A stretch of DNA of 63,464 bases, counting the filler. It is 4 parts of 4 records of this genome, joined end to end, with 100 filler letters (N's around TTAATTAATTAA, not from the genome) between each part and the next. Parts side by side here need not be neighbours in the genome. Positions count along the whole stretch, not along the records: positions 1 to 31,470 come from SRR20825010_3179; 3 more parts are not named here. One strand, 5' to 3'. Positions 15,500 to 24,804 of this stretch are shown piece by piece. The notes below the pieces were generated by a model. It was not told the DNA's origin. It did no database searches and saw only the letters and a program-made list of their open reading frames with translations. Numbering within the stretch: the first letter of the stretch is position 1; the number at the start of each line of letters is the position of its first letter. The translations under genes were made by a program, and so were the position numbers.

Positions 15500-17704
15500 T
15501 CATACCGTGGCTTTCAGCGGAAGGCTGCGCTGGCGCTTCCCGCTCAGGGCAAATAACGCGTTACCCAAAGCGGGTATCACCGGAGGTACACCGGGCTCCC
15601 CCACACCGGTGGGCGATTCATCGCTATCAATGATATCCACCACCACCTCGGGCCGCTGATCATGACGCATGAGCGGGTAATCGTGAAAATTACTTTGCTG
15701 GACCTGTCCGCCTTCCAGGGTAATGTTGCCGTAGAGCGCTGCCGTGAGGCCAAAGATAATACCGCCCTCGATCTGGTCGCGAACAATGTCCGGATTGACC
15801 ACCTGGCCGCAATCCACAGCACAGCACACCCTGTGCACCCGGATTTCCCCGAACTCAACGCTGGCCTCAACCACCTGGGCCACGTAGGTGCCAAAACTGC
15901 GGAACAGGGCAACGCCACGGGCCCGCCCTTCGGGTGCGGCGCTATCCCATTGGGCAAGTTGGGCAACCCTGTCCAGCACGCCCAGGTGTCTAGGTTCGTG
16001 ATCAATCAATGAGCGCCGGAACCGGTACGGGTCCTGGCCTTGCTCATGAGCCAGCTCATCCATAAAGGTTTCAACAGCAAAGCCGTTGTGAGAGAAACCC
16101 ACAGACCGCCACCAGGACACCGGCACCCCCGGATCTGTGTGGGTATGGCGTATGTCGATATTCGGCACCCGATACGGATATTCTATGGCACCTTCGATGG
16201 CGGAATGATCCTTCGGAGTCGCGACACCCTCGGCGAGCAGCCCAACGCGCCCCAGAGTGCCGTACAGGAATTTCGGAGCCCAGGGGTACTGGGCTGGTGC
16301 CGCATTTCGTACGTACCAGTCCAGTATCTGCGGGCCAACAATCTGATGGTGCCAGCCAGTGACGTTATCGCCGCTGACACTGGCCCGCATCCGGTGCAGC
16401 ATGGCCGGACGATAAACATCGTGACGGGTATCTTCTTCCCGAGACCAGATCAGCTTGACCGGTTTGCGTACCCGGTAGGCGACAGACGCCGCTTCCTCGA
16501 TGTAATCATTGGTCAGCCGGCGCCCAAAGCCACCGCCTAGGAAGGTGGTATGGATGGTCACCTCATCGGGCGAGAGATCCGTCACCCTCGCAGCCGCGAT
16601 CCGACCAAGATCGGGTGCCTGGGTCGGTGCCCAGACTTCAATGGCGCCGTCCCGATACCACGCCGTGGCATTCATCGGTTCCAACGTCGCATGGGCAAGG
16701 TAAGGCTGCTCATAACTGGCCTCCACCACGCGCTCCGCACCTTGTTGTGCGTCGTCATAATCACCTTCGCTGCGCTCGCTTTCCCCCGGGTCTTCATCGG
16801 CGGCTTTGTGGTACGAGGAGAACACCTGTTCGGAGGACACATCCAACGCGCCGTCGTTGTCCCATTCGATCGTCAGGGCGTCCTGGGCCTTACGGGCCCG
16901 CCAGTATTTATCTGCCACAACTGCCACGCCACGCTCGATCTCGAACACATCCAGAACGCCCGGCAACCGGCGAGCGGCGGTATCATCGTATGATTTTACC
17001 CGGGCGCCATAGCGCGCAGGGCGGGACACCACCGCGTAAACCATGCCCTCAAGTTCGACATCAATGCCGTAGATTGGCGCGCCTGTGGACTTGGCTTCGG
17101 CATCCAGGCGTCCCCGTTGCTTGCCTATGTACTTCCACTCCTCACGGGGTTTGAGTGACGGAGCCTCCGGCACCGGCTGCTTCGCCGCCAGTTCTACCAG
17201 CCGACCGTAAGCCAGGCTGTCGCGCCCGTTCGGATGGATGACCCTGCCTTCGACCGCCCGGCACTCAGCGGGGCTGACTTCCCAGACATTGGCTGCGGCA
17301 GCAACCAGCATCATACGGGCAGAGGCTCCCGCCACCCGTAACGGCTGCCAACTGGTCGCCAGACTGGTGCTGCCGCCGGTCAATTGCAGGTTGTAGAGGG
17401 GATTACGGTATTCCGGGGCCGCAGGGGCAAATTGCGGTTTGATGGAGGCTGGCGCCACCCCGAGCTCTTCCGCAATGAGGGTGGTCAGGCCAGTGTAAGT
17501 TCCCTGCCCCATCTCAACACGCGCCAAGGTGAAGTAGACCTGATCATCGGTCGTCAGCTCCAGCCAGGCATCCGGTTTCCAGCTACCATCCTGCTCATCA
17601 TAACCATTCTGGATGCCAGCGCAGCCCGGAAGCGACAGGGACAAGACCAGCCCGCCGGAGGAGCCGGCGGTTACCTTCAGGAAGTCGCGTCGATTCATGG
17701 ACAT
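15500..17704 (-). CDS. Molybdopterin oxidoreductase large subunit (IorB / xanthine dehydrogenase family) with Tat signal
   Basis: MSMNRRDFLK Tat motif, EMGQG, GGGFGRR and GVGEPG..P motifs; start at 17704 has an SD. Confidence 0.9.
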   Translation of the reverse strand: MSMNRRDFLKVTAGSSGGLVLSLSLPGCAGIQNGYDEQDGSWKPDAWLELTTDDQVYFTLARVEMGQGTYTGLTTLIAEELGVAPASIKPQFAPAAPEYRNPLYNLQLTGGSTSLATSWQPLRVAGASARMMLVAAAANVWEVSPAECRAVEGRVIHPNGRDSLAYGRLVELAAKQPVPEAPSLKPREEWKYIGKQRGRLDAEAKSTGAPIYGIDVELEGMVYAVVSRPARYGARVKSYDDTAARRLPGVLDVFEIERGVAVVADKYWRARKAQDALTIEWDNDGALDVSSEQVFSSYHKAADEDPGESERSEGDYDDAQQGAERVVEASYEQPYLAHATLEPMNATAWYRDGAIEVWAPTQAPDLGRIAAARVTDLSPDEVTIHTTFLGGGFGRRLTNDYIEEAASVAYRVRKPVKLIWSREEDTRHDVYRPAMLHRMRASVSGDNVTGWHHQIVGPQILDWYVRNAAPAQYPWAPKFLYGTLGRVGLLAEGVATPKDHSAIEGAIEYPYRVPNIDIRHTHTDPGVPVSWWRSVGFSHNGFAVETFMDELAHEQGQDPYRFRRSLIDHEPRHLGVLDRVAQLAQWDSAAPEGRARGVALFRSFGTYVAQVVEASVEFGEIRVHRVCCAVDCGQVVNPDIVRDQIEGGIIFGLTAALYGNITLEGGQVQQSNFHDYPLMRHDQRPEVVVDIIDSDESPTGVGEPGVPPVIPALGNALFALSGKRQRSLPLKATV

Positions 17705-17705
17705 A

Positions 17706-18191
17706 TTACGCTTCCCCCCGATCAGGTCGGGCAGCGTCGTCAACAACCACAGACTCAACCGCCGCGATGATGCGGGAATAGGTACCGCAACGGCAAAGGT
17801 TTCCGCTCAAGGCCGCGACGATATCATCGTGAGAGGGAGCGTCGTTGTGCTGCAAAAGGTGGGCGGCGCTCATGATCTGGCCGGACTGGCAGTAACCGCA
17901 TTGGGGCACGCCATGTTCGACCCATGCCTTTTGCAAAGGATGCAGGTTTCCATCTTGCGACAGACCTTCGATGGTCGTCACATCCCCACCGTCGGCCAAT
18001 TCTACCGGGGTGGAACAGGAACGCACCGGATGCCCGTTCAGGTGCACGGTACAGGCGCCGCAGAGCCCCATGCCGCATCCAAATTTGGTACCTTTCAGTC
18101 CGAGTTCATCGCGGATCACCCACAACAGCGGAGTATCGCTGTCTATGTCGAGCATCCGCTCCCGGCCATTAACGGTAAGGCTCACGGCCAT
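17706..18191 (-). CDS. (2Fe-2S)-binding small subunit (IorA/CoxS family)
   Basis: [21 protein letters not shown] and NLCRCGTY motifs; start MAVSLTVNG. Confidence 0.92.
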   Translation of the reverse strand: MAVSLTVNGRERMLDIDSDTPLLWVIRDELGLKGTKFGCGMGLCGACTVHLNGHPVRSCSTPVELADGGDVTTIEGLSQDGNLHPLQKAWVEHGVPQCGYCQSGQIMSAAHLLQHNDAPSHDDIVAALSGNLCRCGTYSRIIAAVESVVVDDAARPDRGEA

Positions 18192-18262
18192 GGTTGTTCT
18201 CTCCCCTGCTGCCCAGAGCACTGGCCCCGGCTGAGTTTTATTATTATGAACGCTGAGCGTTC

Positions 18263-18454
18263 TTATTTGATGACGTCGTTGCCGTCCTTATCCGTCCAGA
18301 TCTTCCGTTCGCCGGTTTCCATTTTACCTTGGGAGTCCCAGACCTCGCGGTCGGTTGTTGCCTCTTCCACCTTGCCGTTGTCATTCCACATAACCCGGTC
18401 TTTACATCCGGCCAGTGCCGCTACTACAAAAAGTACCAACATCAGTTGCTTCAC
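18263..18454 (-). CDS. Small lipoprotein (63 aa)
   Basis: GGAGG SD, GTG start, signal peptide ending in LAGC, and three W-xxx(x)-G repeats. Confidence 0.75.
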   Translation of the reverse strand: MKQLMLVLFVVAALAGCKDRVMWNDNGKVEEATTDREVWDSQGKMETGERKIWTDKDGNDVIK

Positions 18455-18493
18455 ACTTACCTCCAAACCGATCTTATCGGCGTTGGTGAATAG

Positions 18494-19072
18494 TCAGGAT
18501 CCGTGAATCTCACGGTTACGCTGTTTGTCGCGGTCGCCCTTGCGGACCATGACATAGACGGCGCCGGTGCCGCCATGGCGCTTCTGGGCCGAATGAAACG
18601 CCAGCACATCTTCCAACTCTGGCAGCCATTTGGCCAGATGGCTCTTGAGCTGGGCGATACCGTCGGGGTTACGCTCTCCCTTGCCGTGGAGAATAATGAC
18701 GGATCGAAGTCCATAGCGCACGCAATCATTAATGAAGCCGAATACATCCCGACGCGCTTCTTCAACGGTCATCCGGTGCAGGTCCAGGCGCGCTTCGATC
18801 GGGTATTGCCCAAGACGGAGCTTACGGAATACGCCATGCTGAACTCCGGGCCGTTGCCAACAGAGAACATCGTGCGCTGTCAGAGGCTCAACCATATCCG
18901 CCGTCAGTGGATTGCAGTCTCTGTGCGGCTGATCTATGGCGGACCGCTGACGCTCAAGGTGCCCTGGGGTCAGATCCTTTGGGGCTTTAACATCGGCTTT
19001 GTTCGGCTTCCGGATACGGCGGACATCCTTCATTTCCTCCAGGAAGCTCAGGCGCTCATCTTTGGTTGTCAT
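18494..19072 (-). CDS. smrA: Smr-domain endonuclease, SmrA-like
   Basis: LDLH, ILHGKG and HGGTGAVYV motifs; likely start MTTKDE at 19072. Confidence 0.88.
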   Translation of the reverse strand: MTTKDERLSFLEEMKDVRRIRKPNKADVKAPKDLTPGHLERQRSAIDQPHRDCNPLTADMVEPLTAHDVLCWQRPGVQHGVFRKLRLGQYPIEARLDLHRMTVEEARRDVFGFINDCVRYGLRSVIILHGKGERNPDGIAQLKSHLAKWLPELEDVLAFHSAQKRHGGTGAVYVMVRKGDRDKQRNREIHGS

Positions 19073-19205
19073 GGCGATATCATTTACGGTCGAAGTTGCA
19101 TGGACTTTACCACCCGGCTCACCCATCATAAAGGAGGCCCCTCGCCCTACCCACTGCCGGGCCGGGGCTGGCCCGCGCTCAGACAACCATCGTAGGGCCG
19201 GTAGA

Positions 19206-19220
19206 TAGACCGTTGGTCTA
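19206..19220. promoter_or_regulatory. Palindromic operator TAGACC-N3-GGTCTA
   Basis: Perfect 6-bp inverted repeat 37 nt upstream of the CBS/DUF294 gene; the same half-site recurs upstream of the symporter operon. Confidence 0.55.
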
Positions 19221-19257
19221 CACTTCAGGCTCATAAGCACGACAACGGACCGCGATT

Positions 19258-21174
19258 ATGACTGCCGCATCGCAAGACAGTGCACGCCCCCAGAATACCC
19301 GTGCCATCATGGCATTTCTGCGGGAGCATTCGCCTTTTTCAAACATGGACGATGCACATCTGGCCCATTATGCCGAGCATGCCTCGCTGAGATTCTACGC
19401 CGATGGCGATGTAGTGCTGTCACCGGACGATGGCCCGGTACAACGGTTCTACGTGGTCAAACAGGGCCGTATTCGCGGCGAACGGGAGCGAGACCGGGAC
19501 GGAGAAACCGAAACCACCTTTGAGATCAGCCAGGGCGAATGTTTTCCATTGGCCGCGCTGATTGGAGAACGCCCCACCCGCACACTGCATCGCGCCTCCG
19601 GAGACACCTTCTGTCTGAGCATTGAACACGACACCTTTGTCATGCTGTTCTCGCAGAGTGATCCCTTTCGTGATTTCTGCCTTCGCGGCGTCAGCAGCCT
19701 GCTTGATCAGGTGAATCAGCGCATACAGACCGGCGCCATGGCTTCCATTGGTTCCAGTAACTCGCTGGACACCCCGCTGGAACGCTACGCTATTCGCAAT
19801 CCCATCGTCTGCTCGCCGGACCTCCCGGTCCGAAAAGCGGTCGCGCGCATGCACGAAAACAGTGTCGGGAGCATCGTGATCACCGATGACGAACGGCATC
19901 CTACGGGTATATTCACCCTCAGGGACCTGCGCACCATGGTGGCAGAGGAGAAGGGCCCTCTGGACACGCCTATCGGCCAGGTCATGACCCGGAACCCCTG
20001 CTGCCTCACAGCCAACGCAGATGCTTTTGAAGCCGCCATGCTGATGGCAGAGCATCACTTTGCTCACATTTGCGTGGTGGATGACGAGCACCGACTGATT
20101 GGCATGGTATCCGAGCGTGATCTGTTCTCGCTTCAGCGGGTCGATCTGGTCAACCTTGCCAGGACCATTGGCACTGCCAGCCATCTCCGCACCCTGGTCA
20201 GCCTCCGTAAGGATGTGTCCCGGCTGGTGGACGCGATGCTCGCTCACGGGGCCGATTCCGGTCAGGTGGTAAAAATCATTACCACCTTGAACGATGTCAC
20301 TGTAAGACGGGTCCTGGAACTGAACATCAAGAAGAACGACCCCGGCATCCCTTTCACCTGGCTGACATTCGGAAGCGAAGGTCGGCAGGAACAAACCCTG
20401 TTAACAGATCAGGACAACGGCATCCTGTTCCAGACACCGGAGGGGATGACCGAGGCACAGGTCAGGGAAAAACTGCTGCCCTTCGCGGAAACCGTCAACA
20501 AGGAGCTGGCGGAATGCGGCTTTACCCTGTGCAAGGGTAATATCATGGCCAGCAATCCCAAACTGTGCCTTAGCGGCAGGGAGTGGGATGACTGGTTTGC
20601 CCGTTTCATTGACGCCTCAACCCCGCAGAATCTGGTGTATTCGTCCATTTTTCTCGACATGCGGGCGGTATTCGGGCCAATGGAACCACTGGAACGATTG
20701 CTGGATAAAGTGCTTACGCGCATACGCAAGAACGACCTGTTCCAGAAGATGCTGGCGGGCAACGCCATTACCCGCAAACCTCCCCTGACCATGTTCCGCA
20801 ACTTCCGTTATGCCCCGGATGGCAAGAAAAACACACTTGATCTGAAGCGCCAGGGGCTTGCTCCTTTCGTGGAAGCCGTTCGGGTATTTGCCCTCGCCAA
20901 TAGCGTCGGCTCGGCCAACACATTGGAGCGCATGCAACAGCTCGCCATAAAAGGTGTCTTTGACACCAAAGACGCCAACGCATGGCAGGAGGCCTACAGC
21001 CTGATCCAGGCTATCCGGATGAGGGCACACCAGGAAATGCTGGACCGGGGCGAGCCCCTGTCCAATTATATAAACCCGGATGACCTTAACCCGCTGGACC
21101 GCCGGATTCTTCGCGAATCCTTCCGACAGGCACAACGCCTGCAACAGAAACTGGAAATCACCTACCAACTCTGA
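19258..21174 (+). CDS. cNMP-binding / CBS-pair / DUF294 putative nucleotidyltransferase
   Basis: N-terminal cNMP-like beta domain, two CBS domains, GSEGRQEQTLLTDQDNG (GS..DxD) motif, C.G.IMASNP, and a C-terminal substrate-binding domain (DLK). Confidence 0.9.
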   Translation: MTAASQDSARPQNTRAIMAFLREHSPFSNMDDAHLAHYAEHASLRFYADGDVVLSPDDGPVQRFYVVKQGRIRGERERDRDGETETTFEISQGECFPLAALIGERPTRTLHRASGDTFCLSIEHDTFVMLFSQSDPFRDFCLRGVSSLLDQVNQRIQTGAMASIGSSNSLDTPLERYAIRNPIVCSPDLPVRKAVARMHENSVGSIVITDDERHPTGIFTLRDLRTMVAEEKGPLDTPIGQVMTRNPCCLTANADAFEAAMLMAEHHFAHICVVDDEHRLIGMVSERDLFSLQRVDLVNLARTIGTASHLRTLVSLRKDVSRLVDAMLAHGADSGQVVKIITTLNDVTVRRVLELNIKKNDPGIPFTWLTFGSEGRQEQTLLTDQDNGILFQTPEGMTEAQVREKLLPFAETVNKELAECGFTLCKGNIMASNPKLCLSGREWDDWFARFIDASTPQNLVYSSIFLDMRAVFGPMEPLERLLDKVLTRIRKNDLFQKMLAGNAITRKPPLTMFRNFRYAPDGKKNTLDLKRQGLAPFVEAVRVFALANSVGSANTLERMQQLAIKGVFDTKDANAWQEAYSLIQAIRMRAHQEMLDRGEPLSNYINPDDLNPLDRRILRESFRQAQRLQQKLEITYQL

Positions 21175-21191
21175 ATACCGGGTCAACAGTT

Positions 21192-21902
21192 ATGCTGGAG
21201 CAGATCAAAGACTGGATCGAACGGCGCAGGGCCGGCAGCACCGGTGGTCACGACCGAGAACACTTGCCAACGCCAAAAACCGCAGGAGACCAGCGCCTGT
21301 CAGACTGCCGGCTGATCGTACTTGATCTGGAAACGACCGGCCTCAACCCGGCAAAAGACAATGTCATCGCCATTGGCGCGGTGGCTATCCGGCACAACGC
21401 CATTGACCTGGGTGACCAGTTTGATCTGATCCTGCGTCGCCCGGAGCTGGACATCAGCGAGACGGTACTCATCCACGGCATTGGGCCGGAAGCCCTGACT
21501 CAGGGACATGAGACTGAAGACGCACTGCTCCATCTGCTGGAATGGATGAATGGCGACCCTATCCTTGCCTACCATTCCGCCTTTGACCAGAAATTCCTTG
21601 AAAAGGCTCTCAAGCAAACATTGGGCTACACCCAGCCCCACACCTGGCTCGATGTCGCCGAGATGCTTCCCGCCTACTTCCCCAATTCCAAAACCGGGGG
21701 CAAAGGACTGGACAACTGGGCCGATTTTTTCGACCTGGAAGTCAGCGCCCGCCACCATGCCGCTGCCGACGCCATGGTGACGGCTGAGTTAACCCTCGCT
21801 GTTATCAATAAGGCACAAAAAAGCGGTGTCACCAGCCTGCGTGACTTCAATGGCAAACTGAAGTACTACCGACAACTGAAGAATATCCATCGACAAGGCT
21901 AG
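21192..21902 (+). CDS. DEDDh 3'-5' exonuclease (DnaQ/PolC-like)
   Basis: DLETTG, YHSAFD and HHAAADA motifs. Confidence 0.9.
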   Translation: MLEQIKDWIERRRAGSTGGHDREHLPTPKTAGDQRLSDCRLIVLDLETTGLNPAKDNVIAIGAVAIRHNAIDLGDQFDLILRRPELDISETVLIHGIGPEALTQGHETEDALLHLLEWMNGDPILAYHSAFDQKFLEKALKQTLGYTQPHTWLDVAEMLPAYFPNSKTGGKGLDNWADFFDLEVSARHHAAADAMVTAELTLAVINKAQKSGVTSLRDFNGKLKYYRQLKNIHRQG

Positions 21903-21927
21903 AGCCCCGGAACTGTGTCGCGTTTGC

Positions 21928-21968
21928 AGACCTTTTGGCCCTCAAATAACTGAGAATTAGACCTTTTG
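21928..21968 (+). promoter_or_regulatory. Direct repeat AGACCTTTTG x2, candidate activator sites
   Basis: Identical 10-mers at 21928 and 21959, 31 bp apart, upstream of DUF4212-SSS. Confidence 0.5.
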
Positions 21969-22087
21969 CCAATATCTATCTATCGCTTGACGGGTAAAGT
22001 CGAATAGGACATCACGTCGGAGAAGAACTATATGAATAATAATTTCTCTACAACCAACACTTCACAGAAAACCCACCCAACCTCCAC

Positions 22088-22095
22088 AACAACAA
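22088..22095 (+). promoter_or_regulatory. CA-rich AAnAAnAA motif next to the RBS (Hfq/Crc-type)
   Basis: AACAACAA immediately 5' of the CAGGAG SD, within an A/C-rich leader. Confidence 0.4.
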
Positions 22096-22110
22096 TACAG
22101 GAGTGATCCT

Positions 22111-22374
22111 ATGTCAGGTCATGACTACGATGCTGTGAACTACTGGAAGGCGAACCTACGCCTTATATTCGGGAGCCTTATTGTCTGGGCCCTCGTGTCT
22201 TATGGGTTTGCGATACTGCTTCGCCCCATGCTCGCCGGAATCCCCATTGGCGGAACCGACCTCGGCTTCTGGTTCGCCCAACAGGGTTCGATTCTTACTT
22301 TCATCGCGTTGATCTTCCATTACGCCTGGCGGATGAACAAGCTCGATGAAAAATTCGACGTGCATGAGGAGTAA
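22111..22374 (+). CDS. Small membrane partner of SSS transporter (DUF4212)
   Basis: YWKANL and GFWFAQQGSI motifs; two TM helices; directly upstream of the symporter. Confidence 0.88.
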   Translation: MSGHDYDAVNYWKANLRLIFGSLIVWALVSYGFAILLRPMLAGIPIGGTDLGFWFAQQGSILTFIALIFHYAWRMNKLDEKFDVHEE

Positions 22375-22380
22375 GTTCGA

Positions 22381-24147
22381 ATGAGTCAATTTGCCATTAA
22401 CCTATTATTTGTGGGCGGCTCATTCGCCCTCTATATCGGTATCGCCATCTGGGCGAAGGCCGGTAGTACGAGTGATTTCTACGTTGCCGGCGGCGGCGTT
22501 CACCCGATCACCAACGGTGCGGCGATCGGTGCTGACTGGATGTCCGCAGCATCCTTTATCTCCATGGCGGGCCTGATTGCCGCTGGTGGTTATGCAAACT
22601 CGACGTTCCTGATGGGCTGGACAGGCGGCTACGTTCTGCTGGCCATGCTTCTGGCGCCTTACCTGCGTAAGTTTGGTAAGTTTACGGTTCCCGAGTTCAT
22701 TGGTGACCGCTTCTACAGCAAAAATGCTCGCTTGGTGGCAGTTATCTGTCTGATCGTAGCTTCTGTAACCTACGTCATCGGCCAGATGGCGGGTGCCGGC
22801 GTAGCCTTCTCCCGCTTCCTTGAAGTCGAATCAACCATGGGTCTGATCATTGCGGCTGTGGTGGTATTTGTCTACGCCGTACTCGGCGGCATGAAGGGCA
22901 TCACCTATACGCAGGTGGCTCAATACTGCGTACTGATCGTCGCCTATACCATCCCTGCGGTCTTCATCTCCCTACAGTTGACCGGTAACGCCCTGCCCCC
23001 GCTGGGTCTGTTCTCGACTCACGTGGATTCTGGCATGCCGATCCTGGACAAGCTGAACCAGGTCATCACGGATCTCGGCTTCAACGAGTACACCGCTGAT
23101 GTGGACAACAAACTGAACATGGTTCTGTTTACCCTGTCCCTGATGATCGGTACCGCTGGTCTGCCTCACGTCATTATCCGGTTCTTCACTGTGCCAAAAG
23201 TAGCGGATGCTCGCTGGTCTGCAGGCTGGGCGCTTGTTTTCATCGCCCTGCTCTACCTCACAGCGCCGGCTGTTGCTTCCATGGCTCGCTTGAACCTGAT
23301 GACCACCATCTACCCGGAAGGCACCCAAGCAGAGCCGATCCAGTATGATGAGCGTCCAAACTGGATCAAGGACTGGGAAGTCACTGGGCTGATCCAGTTC
23401 GAGGACAAAAACCAAGACGGCCGTATTCAGCTGTACAACGACTCACCTGAGTTTGAAAGCACAGCTCAGTCCCGTGGCTGGGAAGGAAACGAGCTGGTCG
23501 TTAACCGGGACATCCTGGTACTGGCCAACCCGGAAATCGCCAACCTGCCAGGATGGGTTATCGGCCTTATCGCCGCTGGTGGTCTGGCGGCAGCCCTGTC
23601 GACGGCAGCCGGTCTGTTGCTGGCAATATCGTCGGCGGTCAGTCACGACCTGATCAAAGGCTCGATAAATCCCAACATCACGGAGAAAGGCGAGCTGCTC
23701 GCAGCCCGAATATCGATGGCAGTCGCAATCTGTGTTGCCACCTATCTGGGCGCAAACCCACCGGGCTTCGCGGCACAAGTTGTTGCACTAGCCTTCGGCA
23801 TCGCAGCAGCGTCCCTGTTCCCGGCACTGATGATGGGTATTTTCTCCAAGCGGGTTAACAATGTCGGTGCAATCGCCGGTATGCTGACCGGTCTGGGCTT
23901 CACCCTGGCGTACATCTTTGTGTACAAGGGCTGGCTGTTCATTCCGGGTACCAACAACCTGGCAGACACCCCAGAAAACTGGGTACTGGGCATTTCGCCC
24001 CTGTCTATCGGTGCAGTTGGTGCTGTCGTTAACTTTGCGGTAGCCTTCATTGTGTCCAACGCAACTGAAGAACCGCCCGTTGAGATTCAGGAACTGGTTG
24101 AAAGCGTCCGCTACCCACGTGGTGCGAGTCAGGCTCACGACCACTAA
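22381..24147 (+). CDS. Sodium:solute symporter, ActP-like cation/acetate symporter
   Basis: FYVAG, ADWMSAASF, GTAGLPH and AAALSTAAGLL motifs; many TM helices. Confidence 0.92.
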   Translation: MSQFAINLLFVGGSFALYIGIAIWAKAGSTSDFYVAGGGVHPITNGAAIGADWMSAASFISMAGLIAAGGYANSTFLMGWTGGYVLLAMLLAPYLRKFGKFTVPEFIGDRFYSKNARLVAVICLIVASVTYVIGQMAGAGVAFSRFLEVESTMGLIIAAVVVFVYAVLGGMKGITYTQVAQYCVLIVAYTIPAVFISLQLTGNALPPLGLFSTHVDSGMPILDKLNQVITDLGFNEYTADVDNKLNMVLFTLSLMIGTAGLPHVIIRFFTVPKVADARWSAGWALVFIALLYLTAPAVASMARLNLMTTIYPEGTQAEPIQYDERPNWIKDWEVTGLIQFEDKNQDGRIQLYNDSPEFESTAQSRGWEGNELVVNRDILVLANPEIANLPGWVIGLIAAGGLAAALSTAAGLLLAISSAVSHDLIKGSINPNITEKGELLAARISMAVAICVATYLGANPPGFAAQVVALAFGIAAASLFPALMMGIFSKRVNNVGAIAGMLTGLGFTLAYIFVYKGWLFIPGTNNLADTPENWVLGISPLSIGAVGAVVNFAVAFIVSNATEEPPVEIQELVESVRYPRGASQAHDH

Positions 24148-24193
24148 GCAACGAATCAGCCTAATTCACTGAATGAATTAGAAGGTTGATGCC

Positions 24194-24230
24194 GAACGGG
24201 CTTCCTCTGTGAGGGAGCCCGTTCTTTTTT
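24194..24230 (+). terminator. Rho-independent terminator
   Basis: GAACGGGCTTCCTC-TGT-GAGGGAGCCCGTTC followed by T6. Confidence 0.88.
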
Positions 24231-24245
24231 AAGGAAACCCGTTTT

Positions 24246-24752
24246 ATGTTCTGGACGTTTGTCGCTACCGTTGTTTGCGGCCTGGGAGCCGCAGGTATTG
24301 CGCTCGGAATTCGGGCGATTACCCGAAACCTCGCTCCGAAGTGGATCATTCCGGTCTTTGCCGGGGCTGGTATGCTCGGGTACCTCATCTACACCGAATA
24401 CACCTGGTTTGAACAGAAACAGTCCCTGATGCCCGAAGAGGCTGTCATCGTGGACACAGAGAGCAACGGCATTCTCTGGCGCCCGTGGACGTTTTTCTTC
24501 CCTTACGTCAATGCTTTCTCGACAGTCGATACCAAAAGCATCAGCGAAACCCCGTCAAACCCGGACGTTTTGCGCTTCACCCTGTATCGCTTTGAGCAGA
24601 AAATGGTCGATGCTGTTTCTCATCGGATTCATATTCTTAACTGCAATGCCCGCGAACTTGTACCACTGGGTTCAGACGGCGCCCCACGGCTTGATAACAT
24701 GAAAAAACTGGACCCGCATGACAAACTGTTGATGACCGTTTGCGGCGAATGA
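24246..24752 (+). CDS. Hypothetical membrane-anchored protein
   Basis: Two N-terminal TM helices, AAGGA SD and a WRPWT motif. Confidence 0.7.
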   Translation: MFWTFVATVVCGLGAAGIALGIRAITRNLAPKWIIPVFAGAGMLGYLIYTEYTWFEQKQSLMPEEAVIVDTESNGILWRPWTFFFPYVNAFSTVDTKSISETPSNPDVLRFTLYRFEQKMVDAVSHRIHILNCNARELVPLGSDGAPRLDNMKKLDPHDKLLMTVCGE

Positions 24753-24804
24753 CGTTACCCCAAACCGCTCCCGAGAACCCCGGGTAGAATAAAAAGAGCG
24801 AACT

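Noticed and set aside
21192-21902. Exonuclease plus nucleotidyltransferase as a CBASS-like or other defence system, or as true dnaQ
   Set aside because: The transferase has cNMP/CBS/DUF294 architecture rather than CD-NTase, there is no effector gene, and the context is metabolic; the nuclease also lacks the epsilon C-terminal tail.
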